This document shows, in pieces, positions 19,666-30,300 of a DNA stretch of 64,000 nt (position 1 is the first letter of the stretch; the number at the start of each line of letters is the position of its first letter). Source of the stretch: Actinomycetes bacterium (GTDB lineage Bacteria > Actinomycetota > Acidimicrobiia > Acidimicrobiales > Ilumatobacteraceae); NCBI GenBank assembly GCA_031410915.1, contig JANNZY010000147.1:60846-124845 (forward strand), given 5' to 3'. Under the pieces are notes generated by a model, which was not told where the DNA came from, searched no databases, and saw only the letters and a program-made list of their open reading frames with translations. Made by a program: the position numbers and the translations under genes.

Positions 19666-20322
19666 TCAGGCGGTCCTGGGGGTCTTGCGGTGATGGAACA
19701 CGCCGAGCACCACGAGCACCAGCATCACTGCCGCAGCTGCGAAGGCTCCGATGGCCGCGTATCCGGCGATCGCACCGACCGTCGACCAGGCGTACGCCGA
19801 CAGCAACAGGCCGCGAAGCGTCTCGCCCTTGAACAGCGTGTTGCGTTGGCCGGTGATGCCATCGGCCTTGGCCTGGAGCTCGTCGATCGTGGCCTGTGGC
19901 GAGCCGGCATCCACGGCCGCCTTCACGTCGGCCTGCGCCGCCCGCTCGGATGCACCGAGGTCAGCGTAGGTGGCGCCGTCGGCGACGCCCTGGAGGTGAC
20001 CGTTGATGAAGCTGGCGTAGGCCTCGGCCTCGTCGCCGGTGTTCACCGAGGCACCGGCGAACGACAACAGGTCGGTACGGCCCTCCTTGGTGAGCGCTTC
20101 GGCTGCAGGGAACGAGATGTTCTGCGACGACAGCTCCTTGCCGACGTAGTCGCTGGCGAAGCTGTTCCCCCAGGTCAACAGTCCGCCGGCGACACCGAAC
20201 ACGACCGTGGCGACCATGCCGAAGCCGATCAGCACACTGTCGATCGTGCGCCGCTTCAGCGCGACGGTCGGAGTTGCACGTGCGTCGGCGACGGCGGGGG
20301 GATGAATGATGGCTGTACTCAT
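19666..20322 (-). CDS. Two-TM membrane protein, unknown function
   Basis: 218 aa. ATG at 20322 is preceded by GGAGG. An N-terminal and a C-terminal TM helix flank an Ala/Asp-rich loop. Confidence 0.6.
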   Translation of the reverse strand: MSTAIIHPPAVADARATPTVALKRRTIDSVLIGFGMVATVVFGVAGGLLTWGNSFASDYVGKELSSQNISFPAAEALTKEGRTDLLSFAGASVNTGDEAEAYASFINGHLQGVADGATYADLGASERAAQADVKAAVDAGSPQATIDELQAKADGITGQRNTLFKGETLRGLLLSAYAWSTVGAIAGYAAIGAFAAAAVMLVLVVLGVFHHRKTPRTA

Positions 20323-20495
20323 GGTTCTGGACCTCCGTTGATGAATCTGTCACCGACGGTACGGACCCGACGGCGCGCCAGCCAGGGGACAGCGACCCGA
20401 CGGGATGGGACCTTCGACCCCATCCCGTCCCGCTCCTGCGAGCCAGTGACAATGGGCTCTACCGGCGTTGGGTGCGAGCGGCGGATCATCGAGTC

Positions 20496-21275
20496 ATGAG
20501 GCATCTCCTTCGATTCGGTGACGATGGTTCGCGTGCCGCGGACGTGGCATGGCTGTGGATCAACAGCCACCGCTGGCCCGGCTGGGACCTTGAGACCGTG
20601 TGCGCCATTGAGCCCGAGGGCGCCGTCCCCCGTCAGCGGCTGCCGTTCAGCGAAGCCGGGTGGGGGTCTTCACAGACGGTCGTGAGCGATGACGATCCGC
20701 GTCTGGCGCTGTCCGCCACGTCGGATCTCCTGGTGGTCGGCGATCGTGGGCGCGTGCCGGCGATGGCGGCCTGCCTCGGCAGTACCACCGAATGGCTGCT
20801 CGTGCGGCCACCCGCGCCAATGGTCATCGTGCGCCACGGGCGCCGCACGGAGTCGGTCCTGCTCTGCACGGACGGGTCGGCCAGCGCCACCCTCGCTGTG
20901 CGCACCCTCGCCGCGATGCCGTGGATCAGCGGACTCGAGGTGATGGTTGTCGGTGTCGTCGACGGATGCACTGCGGCAGAGGAGGCAGTGCACCGGGCAA
21001 CGACCTTGCTCAGCGTCGCCGGTGCCGCTGTTCGACAGCGTGTGCTACACGGCGACGCGACGGACCTGCTCGCCGATCTGGCGCACGAGACACCTCACGA
21101 TCTGCTGGTCGCAGGGACACGCGGCCTGACGGGCATCGAGCGACTTCGCCTCGGTTCGACCGCGGCACGGATCACGCACACGTCACCTGCGTCGGTCCTG
21201 CTCGCGTGCGCTCGCCCCTGCAATTCGTCGGAGGTGCGAACCGACGACTGCGACGACGCTCGCGGCTATCTCTGA
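20496..21275 (+). CDS. Universal stress protein family (divergent N-terminal half, canonical C-terminal Usp domain)
   Basis: ATG at 20496 (MRHLLRFGDDG...). C-terminus reads LLVAGTRGLTGIERLRLGSTAARITHTSPASVLLA. Confidence 0.7.
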   Translation: MRHLLRFGDDGSRAADVAWLWINSHRWPGWDLETVCAIEPEGAVPRQRLPFSEAGWGSSQTVVSDDDPRLALSATSDLLVVGDRGRVPAMAACLGSTTEWLLVRPPAPMVIVRHGRRTESVLLCTDGSASATLAVRTLAAMPWISGLEVMVVGVVDGCTAAEEAVHRATTLLSVAGAAVRQRVLHGDATDLLADLAHETPHDLLVAGTRGLTGIERLRLGSTAARITHTSPASVLLACARPCNSSEVRTDDCDDARGYL

Positions 21276-21319
21276 CCTCCGCGACAGGCAGCTGTGACCA
21301 AATGCTCTAGGACGAATTC

Positions 21320-21928
21320 ATGATCCAACGCATGATGCATTCCATGGACAACAACGCCGTGACTCCTCCGACATTGCTCGCTGGGGAGCGGAGGGTCGAA
21401 GCGCTCGACGAAGAAGAATGCCTTGCGTTGCTCGCATCGGTGCCGATAGGACGCTTGGCCTACGTCGTCGACGGCCGTCCGGTGATCGTGCCTGTCGACT
21501 TCATGGTCCATGACCGCCAGGTCGTGTTCCGCACCGACCCCGGCGACAAGCTCTCCCACACACCGCTGCAACACGTCTGCTTCGAGGCCGACAGCTTGCG
21601 CGAGATGAACGCAGGTTGGAGCGTCGTCCTCAACGGCCTCGCCCGCGACGTCACGACCGCGTTGGGGTCTGACTACGACCGGCTGCGAGCGCAGATCGTT
21701 CCCACGCTTGCGCCGCTGCGTTCACCTCACTGGATATCGATCTCGATCGACACGATCAGTGGCCGCCGCCTTCGCACGCCGCTGGCGGCCGACGTATCGG
21801 ATTCGATGTGCGCGCCCCTCGACGCTGACGTCGCCGACTGGAACGACCAGGGCCTCCCGATCGACAGCTCGGTGTTCGAGAACAGCGCGGTCGCCCGATC
21901 CAGCACGATCAGAAAGGCCTCATCATGA
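21320..21928 (+). CDS. Pyridoxamine 5'-phosphate oxidase (PPOX) family / split-barrel flavin or F420 binding protein
   Basis: LDEEECLALLASVPIGRLAYVVDGRPVIVPVDFMVHDRQVVFRTDPGDKL is typical of the Pyridox_ox_2 family. Confidence 0.7.
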   Translation: MIQRMMHSMDNNAVTPPTLLAGERRVEALDEEECLALLASVPIGRLAYVVDGRPVIVPVDFMVHDRQVVFRTDPGDKLSHTPLQHVCFEADSLREMNAGWSVVLNGLARDVTTALGSDYDRLRAQIVPTLAPLRSPHWISISIDTISGRRLRTPLAADVSDSMCAPLDADVADWNDQGLPIDSSVFENSAVARSSTIRKASS

Positions 21929-22566
21929 AGGTTCGCGATGTCATGACCGCTCCGGCAATCACGCTCGGTCCGGAGGCGTGTGCCGGAGACATTGCCCGCA
22001 GTCTCATCCATCACGACATCAGCGGCATCCCCATCGTGGACGACATGGGCGTGCTGATCGGCATCGTGACCGAAGCCGACCTGATGCTGCACGAGGCGTT
22101 CGCCACACCCGGCCGGCGGGCCCTTGCCTTGGTCGGTGAGCTCGTCGGCGGCTACCCGGAGACGTGGCGCACCAAGATCGACGGCCATACGGCACAGGAC
22201 CTGATGAGCTTCCCGGTGGTCACGGCGAATCCCGACGACACCCTGGACGACGCGGCGCGGCGCATGCTTCGCCATCCGTGCAAGCGACTACCCGTCGTGC
22301 GTGACGGTCACGTGATCGGGATGCTCTCCAGGCACGACATCCTGCGCCGCTATGACCGCACCGATCGCGACATCGCCCAGGATGTCGCCACGCTGGTGAC
22401 GCAGATCCTCGGCGACGACCATCGCGTCGACGCTACGGTTCAGGACGGCGTCGTCGAGCTCCGCGGCACCCCACTCGGAATCGACGACGTGGATGTGTTG
22501 ACGCTCGCGCTCGCCGGACTCGACGGCGTGGTCGACGTCATCGATGCCACCGCCGAACGCTGCTGA
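21925..22566 (+). CDS. CBS-pair plus BON domain protein
   Basis: ATGA overlap with the PPOX gene. MKVRDVMTAPAITL...ISGIPIVDD...GIVTEADL forms the CBS pair; the C-terminal VDATVQDGVVELRGTP...LDGVVDVID is BON-like. Confidence 0.75.
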   Translation: MKVRDVMTAPAITLGPEACAGDIARSLIHHDISGIPIVDDMGVLIGIVTEADLMLHEAFATPGRRALALVGELVGGYPETWRTKIDGHTAQDLMSFPVVTANPDDTLDDAARRMLRHPCKRLPVVRDGHVIGMLSRHDILRRYDRTDRDIAQDVATLVTQILGDDHRVDATVQDGVVELRGTPLGIDDVDVLTLALAGLDGVVDVIDATAERC

Positions 22567-22601
22567 GGCGCCATCGCTCTGACTGCGGTAAGCATCCTGC
22601 C

Positions 22602-23885
22602 ATGTCATCGCTGTCGAAGCTGAACCCGGGCCTGGCGCACGACGTCCTCGCCCTGATCGGCCCCGGAGCCGACATCATCCTGCCGATCGCGAACGGTGAG
22701 CCGGTCACCGTGCTCGACGCCATCGAGCGCGAGGCGATGACATTGTCGGGAGTCCGTGTGCACCAGATGCACGCCCTGCGCGATCGGCCGTACTTGCACG
22801 CTGCGTTCGGTGATCGTCTCCGCCACGTCTCCTACTTCCTGTCCAGCGTCACCCGGCCCTGCTTCGCAGCCGGCACGGTCGATCTCGTGCCGAACAACTT
22901 CAGTGAGATGCGCGCGATTCTCAGCGAGCGCACGGTGGATCCGATCGTCGTCGCCGCCGCGTCACGACCTGACCGCCACGGCTACTTCAGCCTCGGGTTG
23001 AACGCCGACTACGTGTCGTCGTTCGTGGGTCGGGCACGGTTCTTCCTGGAGGCGAACGCGCAGATGCCGCGCACGTTCGGACGGAACCAGATCCACATCT
23101 CCCAGGTTGCTGGTTGGTGCGAAGCGGACTACCCGCTCATCGAGCTGGCCCCGTCGTCCACGTCGGACGCTGACACCCGAATCGCCCTCCTCGTGGCCGA
23201 GCGAATCGCAGATCGCTCCACGATTCAGGTCGGGATCGGTTCCACACCGAACGCGATCCTCGCTGCCCTCGGTCAGCACACCGATCTCGGCGTGCACACC
23301 GAACTGATCTCGGATGGCGTGATGGACCTCGTCGAGCGCGGCGTCGTGACCGGCGTCGCGAAGCAGCTCAATCGCACGAAGACCGTCGGGACGTTCGCGC
23401 TCGGCTCGCGGCGGTTGTACGACTTCCTCGATGACAACGCGGCGTTCGAGCTGTGGCCAGTGCGGTATGTCAACGATCCGCGAGTCATCGCCGGCGAGGC
23501 GAAGTTCGTATCGATCAATTCGACGATCGCGGTCGACCTGCTCGGCCAGTGCGCGTCAGAGACCGTGAGCGGTACCTACTACTCGTCCAGCGGTGGACAG
23601 GCCGACTTCGCCCGCGGCGCGATGTACTCGGCGGGCGGGCAGGGATTCGTCGTTCTGCACTCGACGACACGAGACGGTGCGATCTCCAAGATCGTCGCCC
23701 AGCTCGCACCCGGCGACGTCGTCACGACACTGAAGAACACCGTCGACAAGGTGGTCACGGAATGGGGGGTTGCCGAACTCCGGGGCCGCTCCATCCGCGA
23801 TCGTGCCCGCGCGCTCATCTCGATCGCGCACCCAGAGCACCGTGATGAACTCACCACACGGGCCACCGCACTCGCCTACCTGTGA
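22602..23885 (+). CDS. Acetyl-CoA hydrolase/transferase family protein (4-hydroxybutyrate CoA-transferase-like)
   Basis: 427 aa. The IQVGIGSTPNAIL, HTELISDGVMDL, INSTIAVDLLGQ and SSSGGQADFARGA segments are characteristic of the family. Confidence 0.75.
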   Translation: MSSLSKLNPGLAHDVLALIGPGADIILPIANGEPVTVLDAIEREAMTLSGVRVHQMHALRDRPYLHAAFGDRLRHVSYFLSSVTRPCFAAGTVDLVPNNFSEMRAILSERTVDPIVVAAASRPDRHGYFSLGLNADYVSSFVGRARFFLEANAQMPRTFGRNQIHISQVAGWCEADYPLIELAPSSTSDADTRIALLVAERIADRSTIQVGIGSTPNAILAALGQHTDLGVHTELISDGVMDLVERGVVTGVAKQLNRTKTVGTFALGSRRLYDFLDDNAAFELWPVRYVNDPRVIAGEAKFVSINSTIAVDLLGQCASETVSGTYYSSSGGQADFARGAMYSAGGQGFVVLHSTTRDGAISKIVAQLAPGDVVTTLKNTVDKVVTEWGVAELRGRSIRDRARALISIAHPEHRDELTTRATALAYL

Positions 23886-23900
23886 CGCATCACGGCTGCG

Positions 23901-24467
23901 TCACGCGCACTCTGCTTCGAGGGCTTGCCACTGGGACCACGCGTCGTGGTACTCGGTGTTCACCTGCTCGACCAGTGAGGCGTGGAGATCCGCATCGCGG
24001 TACCGGGCCATGGCAGCCAGGATGCGGGCGCTGATCACGTGTGCGCCAACCGAGCATCGCACGCTGGCCGCGAGATGCTCGTCCGACATGTAGATGGCGG
24101 TCTCGTCACCGTTGTGGCCGACCGTGCGCATCTTGGTGTAGAGCCATTCCCGCGAGTGGTGCGATCCGACGAACACGCAGCGCCGATTCGTGACGACGAA
24201 CGTCCCGGTGTCGGTCGCCGTTTCGTTCGCCGTGGGGGTGCGCTCGCGGCCGAGCGCCGTGGGATCCAGCTCGACGAGGCGGCAATCCGGCACGATCGAA
24301 TACGCGACCTCGGTCGCTTCGAGCATGACGCCGGCAACGCGGTCGGTGAACGCGACGAGCTGCACGGCCTGCATCGATTCGAACGCCCGCGACACGGTGC
24401 TGCGTGCGGCTGCGCTGGCGTGCTGGCGCCGAAGATCTCCCTGGCGCGGGCTGGCCCACTTCAACAT
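23901..24467 (-). CDS. Hypothetical protein with bacterial-PH-like segment
   Basis: I chose the ATG at 24467 because GGAGGAAG lies 5 nt upstream. GTFVVTNRRCVFVGSHHSREWLYTKM resembles the bPH core strand pattern. Confidence 0.5.
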   Translation of the reverse strand: MLKWASPRQGDLRRQHASAAARSTVSRAFESMQAVQLVAFTDRVAGVMLEATEVAYSIVPDCRLVELDPTALGRERTPTANETATDTGTFVVTNRRCVFVGSHHSREWLYTKMRTVGHNGDETAIYMSDEHLAASVRCSVGAHVISARILAAMARYRDADLHASLVEQVNTEYHDAWSQWQALEAECA

Positions 24468-24588
24468 GGCGACTTCCTCCGAATGTGGTGGTTGTCCCGC
24501 CGCCGCCAAAGTCATCGGCTGAGTTGTGACCTGATTGAGCGCTTCACTCGAATGTTTGCAGACTCTTGACAGAGATACTCTCGACGAC

Positions 24589-25221
24589 ATGATCCCTCGA
24601 TTCGGCGCTGACACGGCCCTGATCCTGATCGACGTGCAGGTCGGCGTCGACGACGTGCTTCATTGGGGCGGACCCACCGGCCGACGCAACAACCCGGCCG
24701 CCGAGGACAACCTGGCACAGTTGCTCGCCGCGTTCCGTGAGGCCGGGGCACCGATCGTGTTCACGATGCAGGACTCGTTGGAGGCCGCATCACCGTTGAA
24801 GCTCTCACTGCCGAGCGGCGCGTTGAAGCCCGGCTTCGAGCCGCTCGACGGTGAGGCGGTCGTCACCAAGCAGGTCAACGGTGCGTTCTTCGGCACAGAC
24901 CTGGAGATCCGCCTGCGACGGGTCGGCGTGCATCGCCTGGTGGTGTGCGGGTTCTTCACGAACATGTGTGTCGAGACCACCGTGCGCACGGCGGGCAACC
25001 TCTGTTTCGACGTGTACCTGGTCCACGACGCGTGTGCCACGAGCAACCGCGTCGGCATCGGCGGCGTCGATCACGATCCTGACGTGGTCCACGAACTGAG
25101 CGTGACCTCGATGCACGGAGAGTTCTGCACCGCGATCACCACCAACGTCGCAGTGGGTCTGCTGCGCGCAGACAACACGGATCTGCATCGCGTGCAGGGC
25201 AACGACGCAACCGTGCGCTGA
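24589..25221 (+). CDS. Isochorismatase-family cysteine hydrolase
   Basis: ALILIDVQVG, KQVNGAFFGTDLEIRLRRVGVHRLVVCGFFTNMCVETT (catalytic Cys) and DACAT. Confidence 0.8.
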   Translation: MIPRFGADTALILIDVQVGVDDVLHWGGPTGRRNNPAAEDNLAQLLAAFREAGAPIVFTMQDSLEAASPLKLSLPSGALKPGFEPLDGEAVVTKQVNGAFFGTDLEIRLRRVGVHRLVVCGFFTNMCVETTVRTAGNLCFDVYLVHDACATSNRVGIGGVDHDPDVVHELSVTSMHGEFCTAITTNVAVGLLRADNTDLHRVQGNDATVR

Positions 25222-27336
25222 TCACTCGATGACGCCGAAGGTGTCGACGATCAGGTGCGTGGCGACGAGGCTGACCGCGCAGACTCCGGAACTGCCGTCG
25301 ACGATGGCCGCGTTGGAAACCGCGACCCCACGTCCGTAGTTGACCGTTGACGTGCCCGGATAGCCGCGGCTGCAGGGGAACACGGCGAGCCAGCCGGGTG
25401 CGGTCTCGTCGGCAACGGTCACGTTGAGGAGGTAGTCGCCCGCGCGAACGGGCAGCACTTCGCGTGGCACGCCGGGTTGCAGCGCGGTACCGGCCACCCT
25501 GGTGTCCAGCGCGCGTCGCGGCGCTGTCGAGCCGAGTGTCTTCGCGCCGATGCCCGGCATCCACCAGCCGGTCAGGTCGACGACGAGATCCATCTGCTGC
25601 GAGGCGTAGAAGCACAATGCGGCCTCGCCGTTCACAGCCTTCACGGCGACCGTTGCATGGTTCGCGACGGCCGTGTTGGCGGGGTTCAGGTTGGTCACCA
25701 CGGGCCGTGCCGCCGCGCAGTCCCATGCAGTCACGAACGCGGTCGCCACGATGCGGTCCGCTGTGATGTTGATCGAGACAGCCGTGGCCGATTCCGGTGC
25801 AGCACGGAGCGGCACGACGAGCATGCCGCCGACGATGCCGCCCTGGACGCGCGTGTCCCACAGCCGACCGGGGTCGGCGACGAACTCCGTCCCGCCGTCT
25901 TCCGGCAACCATTGACCGTGCACGTCGACGATCACGTCAGCGTCCTGCGACGACACGACGCACATCGAAGCGTCGGCCACCGCAACCGTCACCTGGTTCG
26001 GCACTGCTGCCGGCCCGTTGTAGTTCACCGACGAGGTCGGCGGCACGGCAGTGCCGCACCCGAACACGGTCACGTAGCCCGGCCCGGCTGCGTCGACGAC
26101 GGTGACGTTGGCCGTGACCGCCGTGGCATCGCGGTCGACGTGAGCAAGGGGCAGCGACACAGGTTGGCCTGCAGCCAGCCGACGGCCACCCCATCCGTTG
26201 CGCGTGTCGACATCTCGGACCGGATCGACGGCGTGGAACCGTGAGCCGATCGGGCCCGGCGCGACGGTGGCCATCACCTTCTGCTGCGACCGGCGCGCCT
26301 GCGTGATCTCGCACGCGTTCGATCCATCGACGGCGACGGTGTACACCCCTTCGGCCAGCCCCGCGAACGTGTGGTCCGCATATCCCGTCTGGGTGTACGG
26401 GTACCACGACGCTTCGGCGACGATCGCCCCGCCCAGGGTGAGCGTCGCGTGGATCATCGACGGCCCGGCCAACAGCGGCCCGCCGATCACGGCGCGACAC
26501 GGTGTGACCTGCACGGCCGACGTCGGGGTGACGGTCAGCGACCCGCCGATGCTCGACGTCGTGAACGTCGGCCCCGGCTGCGGGCAGCGCGCGCCGAAGT
26601 CGGCAGTGTTGACCGGCTGCGTGTCGACGCCCTGCCACGTCGCTGGCAGGGCGTTGATCACCGCTGGGTCAGCGGATCCGGCGTCCCACACCATGTACGT
26701 CAGGCCGTCCGGCATGCACTTCACGCCGACGCCCATCTGCGTCGCCTGGTACGACAGCACGGACACGCGGTGGCCACCCGAGTTCATCAGCCCGATGAGG
26801 AACGATCCGGGACGAATGTTGTTCGCGCCTTGCTCCGCTCCACCGGCCAGGTGTGTGAACGTCGTCGTCAAGCCATTGCTGGGGTTGAGGAACTGGTACC
26901 AGTTGAACGTCGGTGACGCTGCGTCGCACGACGGCGTGGTGCCGAACTGCGGGCAGTTCGGGTAGTCGTCGACGTCGGACACGAGCTGCTCGACGAAGCG
27001 GTGATCGATTGCCGAGAGATGGTCAGACAGCTGCAGCGCGGGCAGGCCACGGCTGGTGCGCTCCAGGTTCAGGGCGGCCGAGATGTCGGCTTCGATGCGT
27101 CGCTCGGTAGTGGTCCGTACGTCGGTCGGGAGGCGATTGATCATCGTCCCGCCGAGCCCCGAGCTGTCGAACGGGATCGCGTCGCCGCTCCCCCGGTCCA
27201 GGATCGGCTCGGCAGTTGCGGCGAGCGTCGGGTCCCACACGTGGACGACCGCTTCGACCCGGCCGGCATTGACCGCCACGGTGGCGGCGGCTGTCGCGAA
27301 AAGAGCAGCGAACGCGAGGATCGGGTGCGACGTCAT
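25222..27336 (-). CDS. Secreted protein: signal peptide, CAP/SCP-like domain, Ig-like region, three copies of a two-Cys DTR module
   Basis: ATG at 27336 overlaps the upstream TGA (ATGA). Signal peptide MTSHPILAFAALFATAAATVAVNAGRVEA. CAP-like LNLERTSRGLPAL...NSGGHRVSVLS...MGVGV. Three ~110-aa repeats cover aa 366-476, 484-592 and 603-703. The remaining 571 upstream codons of ORF 25222..29049 are an out-of-frame shadow. Confidence 0.75.
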   Translation of the reverse strand: MTSHPILAFAALFATAAATVAVNAGRVEAVVHVWDPTLAATAEPILDRGSGDAIPFDSSGLGGTMINRLPTDVRTTTERRIEADISAALNLERTSRGLPALQLSDHLSAIDHRFVEQLVSDVDDYPNCPQFGTTPSCDAASPTFNWYQFLNPSNGLTTTFTHLAGGAEQGANNIRPGSFLIGLMNSGGHRVSVLSYQATQMGVGVKCMPDGLTYMVWDAGSADPAVINALPATWQGVDTQPVNTADFGARCPQPGPTFTTSSIGGSLTVTPTSAVQVTPCRAVIGGPLLAGPSMIHATLTLGGAIVAEASWYPYTQTGYADHTFAGLAEGVYTVAVDGSNACEITQARRSQQKVMATVAPGPIGSRFHAVDPVRDVDTRNGWGGRRLAAGQPVSLPLAHVDRDATAVTANVTVVDAAGPGYVTVFGCGTAVPPTSSVNYNGPAAVPNQVTVAVADASMCVVSSQDADVIVDVHGQWLPEDGGTEFVADPGRLWDTRVQGGIVGGMLVVPLRAAPESATAVSINITADRIVATAFVTAWDCAAARPVVTNLNPANTAVANHATVAVKAVNGEAALCFYASQQMDLVVDLTGWWMPGIGAKTLGSTAPRRALDTRVAGTALQPGVPREVLPVRAGDYLLNVTVADETAPGWLAVFPCSRGYPGTSTVNYGRGVAVSNAAIVDGSSGVCAVSLVATHLIVDTFGVIE

Positions 27337-30300
27337 GCACTGGCCGCGGTCCGGCGCGACCGCGACGGATCGCGAGTCACGAGGAGCAAAGCCATGCCGA
27401 GCCCGACGAGGATGCACGCGAGGCCGAGTGCGAACTGGTTGTCGAGCCCGGTACGTGGCAGATTGCTCGCACGCACGACCGGACCGGGCTGCACCGGGCT
27501 CGGTGGAGTCGCGTGAGGTGCGACGTTCGGCTGTTGGGCAACGGCTCGCGACACGAATGTCTGCGACGCGACTCCGCAGCCGTGCAGCGTCGAGGCCCAC
27601 ACACCCGTTGTCGTGCCGGTCAGCGCGTCGGAGCCACCGGTCGGCACGGTGGTCGGACCAGGCTCGACGAGCAGCCGCTCTTGGTACGAGTACGTCCAGT
27701 TCGGCGCATGCGCCTCGCCGGGCGACGTGTACTGCCCGTCGCCGGCGACGCGCACGACGAACGACGCGACCTGGTTCGCGGCCTCGCACTCGCGTCCATC
27801 GACCGGCGTCGACGAGTCGTGGCGATACAGACCACCGGACGCGGCCACCCGGCGGTCGCCGAGCACCGCCGGCGGTGGGAGATCGGCCACGGTGAACAGA
27901 TCGTGGTTGACGCCCGGACCGATCGGGTCGACCTCGGCGCGCTCGGTCACGATCGTCGGGCGCCAGATCGTCTGGCGCTCGTCGGAGCAATCCTTGTGGT
28001 CGGCCATCGGCGCCGCCGGCGTGACGTCGGTCCTGGTCGACGACTCGAAGGCCACGAACCGGCCAGGACCATCTGCCGGAACGGCGACACCAGGCATTTC
28101 CACCGTGCCGGCCGGAGCCCCGGACACGACCGTGTGGGCGATCGTCGCGACGAGCGATGTCGCAGTGCAGGTCGGCACGGCGGCCGTTCCCTGCTGGCCG
28201 GTGGTCGTCGCGTTCTGCCAGACGACGCTCATCTCGTACGTGCCCGCTGGGTAGCCGCAGTACTCGACGCGGTCGATCATCGTGTCGCCCGGGTTGGCCA
28301 ACTGCCCGCCGTGATCGGTTCGCGCAAACGTCCGAATCCTGGGCACGTACGCGGTCTGGTCGTCGTCCGCCGCGTCGGCGTGCTCGGCAACCACTCGTGC
28401 GCCGATCGAGACGGTCTCGAACGCGACGAAGACCGAGCACGCGTGGCCGTCGGGCACGGCGTAGCTGACGTCGATCGTCATGTCCGAAGCGGTTGCGACG
28501 ACGCTCGCCGATCCGGTGATACCGCTCGGAGTGACGGAGCCGTCGGCGCTGCGCCGCTGCAGTTCTCCCGCCACGGTGTAGGAGGTACCGGGCACGAGCC
28601 CGGTGCAGCGCACGTGGTCCGTCAGGTTGCCGCCCGTCGTCGCCAGGAGTTGGTTGCCGTCGGCGACATCGCGCAACGTCGTTGCGCAGTCGACGACGGG
28701 GACGACGTTCGTGTAGACGACATCCACCGCTGCGGCACCGTTCGGTGGGACGATGATCGTCAGGCACGGGCCATCTGTCAACGGCTGGGCCCACGTGGGC
28801 TTGGCGACCTCGCAGACACTGAACGTGCCGGCCGTTGTGGGGATGCGGTCCGTGAATCCGTTGATGATCGTGGCGTGGGTACCGAAGTCGGTGCCGTCGT
28901 CGCGCACCACGGAGAACTCGAAGCCGGACAGGTCGCCCGGGCCCACGGTCGGGTCGGACAGCACCTTGTGGATGATCAGCTGCTCGTTCGTGACGCCGTC
29001 CGTGATCGCCACCACGGTCGGGTTGGCCGGGTCGGTCGACAGTGGCCACGGCAGCACCACGTCCGCTGCCGGCGACAGGCCCGCGGGCGCGATCGATTCG
29101 TGCAGCAACACCGGCGGCGTGACGGCACTCGGGTCGATGCTCGCGAAATCAGCGACGCCGTTCACGTCGGTGACCGCCGTCGCGAGCACGCCGCCGCTGC
29201 CACCGTTGTCGATCAGTTCGAACGTCGCGCCGGACGGCGAGAAGTACGGATCGGCCGAAGACTTCACCACGCGCACATGCGCTCGCGGCGCGACGGCGAC
29301 GGAGGCATCGGCATGGAACGTGACGTTCGCCGGCGCGAAGTACACGCCGGTTGACTGCTGGCCCCCTCGGGCGAGGACGCCCTGCCACGACGACGATGTC
29401 GTGTAGGCCCGGTAGACGTGGATCGCGCCGACGGTGGCCCTGTCGATCAGGCGCACGTCCAGCGTGATCCGACCCGACGTCACGGTCACGTCCGGCAAGG
29501 GCGCGTTCGGATCGAGGCCGATCGGACCAACGATCGGCTGGCCCGACGTCGCCCACTGCAGGTTCGTCGTTTGATCGATGATCGCGTGCATCGCCGACGC
29601 GTCGACCGGGCCTCCGGTGACGCTGGCGTCGATGAAGATCGACGATCGTCCGCTGGGATCGGTCGGGCCGGCCGACGCGACGAACGTGAGGTTTGACGTC
29701 GACAGGCCGTACGCCCAGAGTTCCAGTGCGACCTGGTTCAGCCGCGCCGCGCCCGCTCCGCCCGCCCACCTCGAGAGGTTCGGTACGACGACCGAGCCGC
29801 TGCCGGTACGGTCACCGACGACGAAGTGTTGGATCGCCCAGACGCCGGCGGACAGCTCATCGGGCGTGAACGACGTGACGAAACCGGGCACGATCTGGTT
29901 GCCGCCCTGGCCGTCGTTGATCAGACCCATCACCAGCGGCAGCACTTCCGCGCCCTCGGGATGCGCGAGCGGGCCGTGCAGCGACTCGGCGAGGGTGCGC
30001 CCGTCGGTGATGTCGCGCGGTCCGTAGGCAACACGCGGGTGTGAGCCGGAGTCGTCCAGGCACCACGCATAGAACACCTTCGGCCCGGCACCGTTCGAGA
30101 GATCCTGGATGAACGCGTACTGCCCGGCCCATCGGGTCTGGCCGATTGCCGTGACGCCGACGTGCAGGCCGTGGACACGACACCACGTCGTGCCGCCGAT
30201 GCCGTTCGAGCCGAAGCCACCCGGACAGTTGGCCGGAACTCGGGGATCGTTCGAGGCGGTGAGGTCGTACGGCGATGCGAACGCCGGGTTGACCGCCTCA

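Noticed and set aside
27337-29049. N-terminal 571 codons of ORF 25222..29049, which would make a 1275-aa protein.
   Set aside because: This part overlaps the LPXTG gene out of frame and is Arg/Gly/Pro-rich. The protein-like sequence starts at the ATG at 27336, with a signal peptide and an ATGA overlap to the upstream stop.
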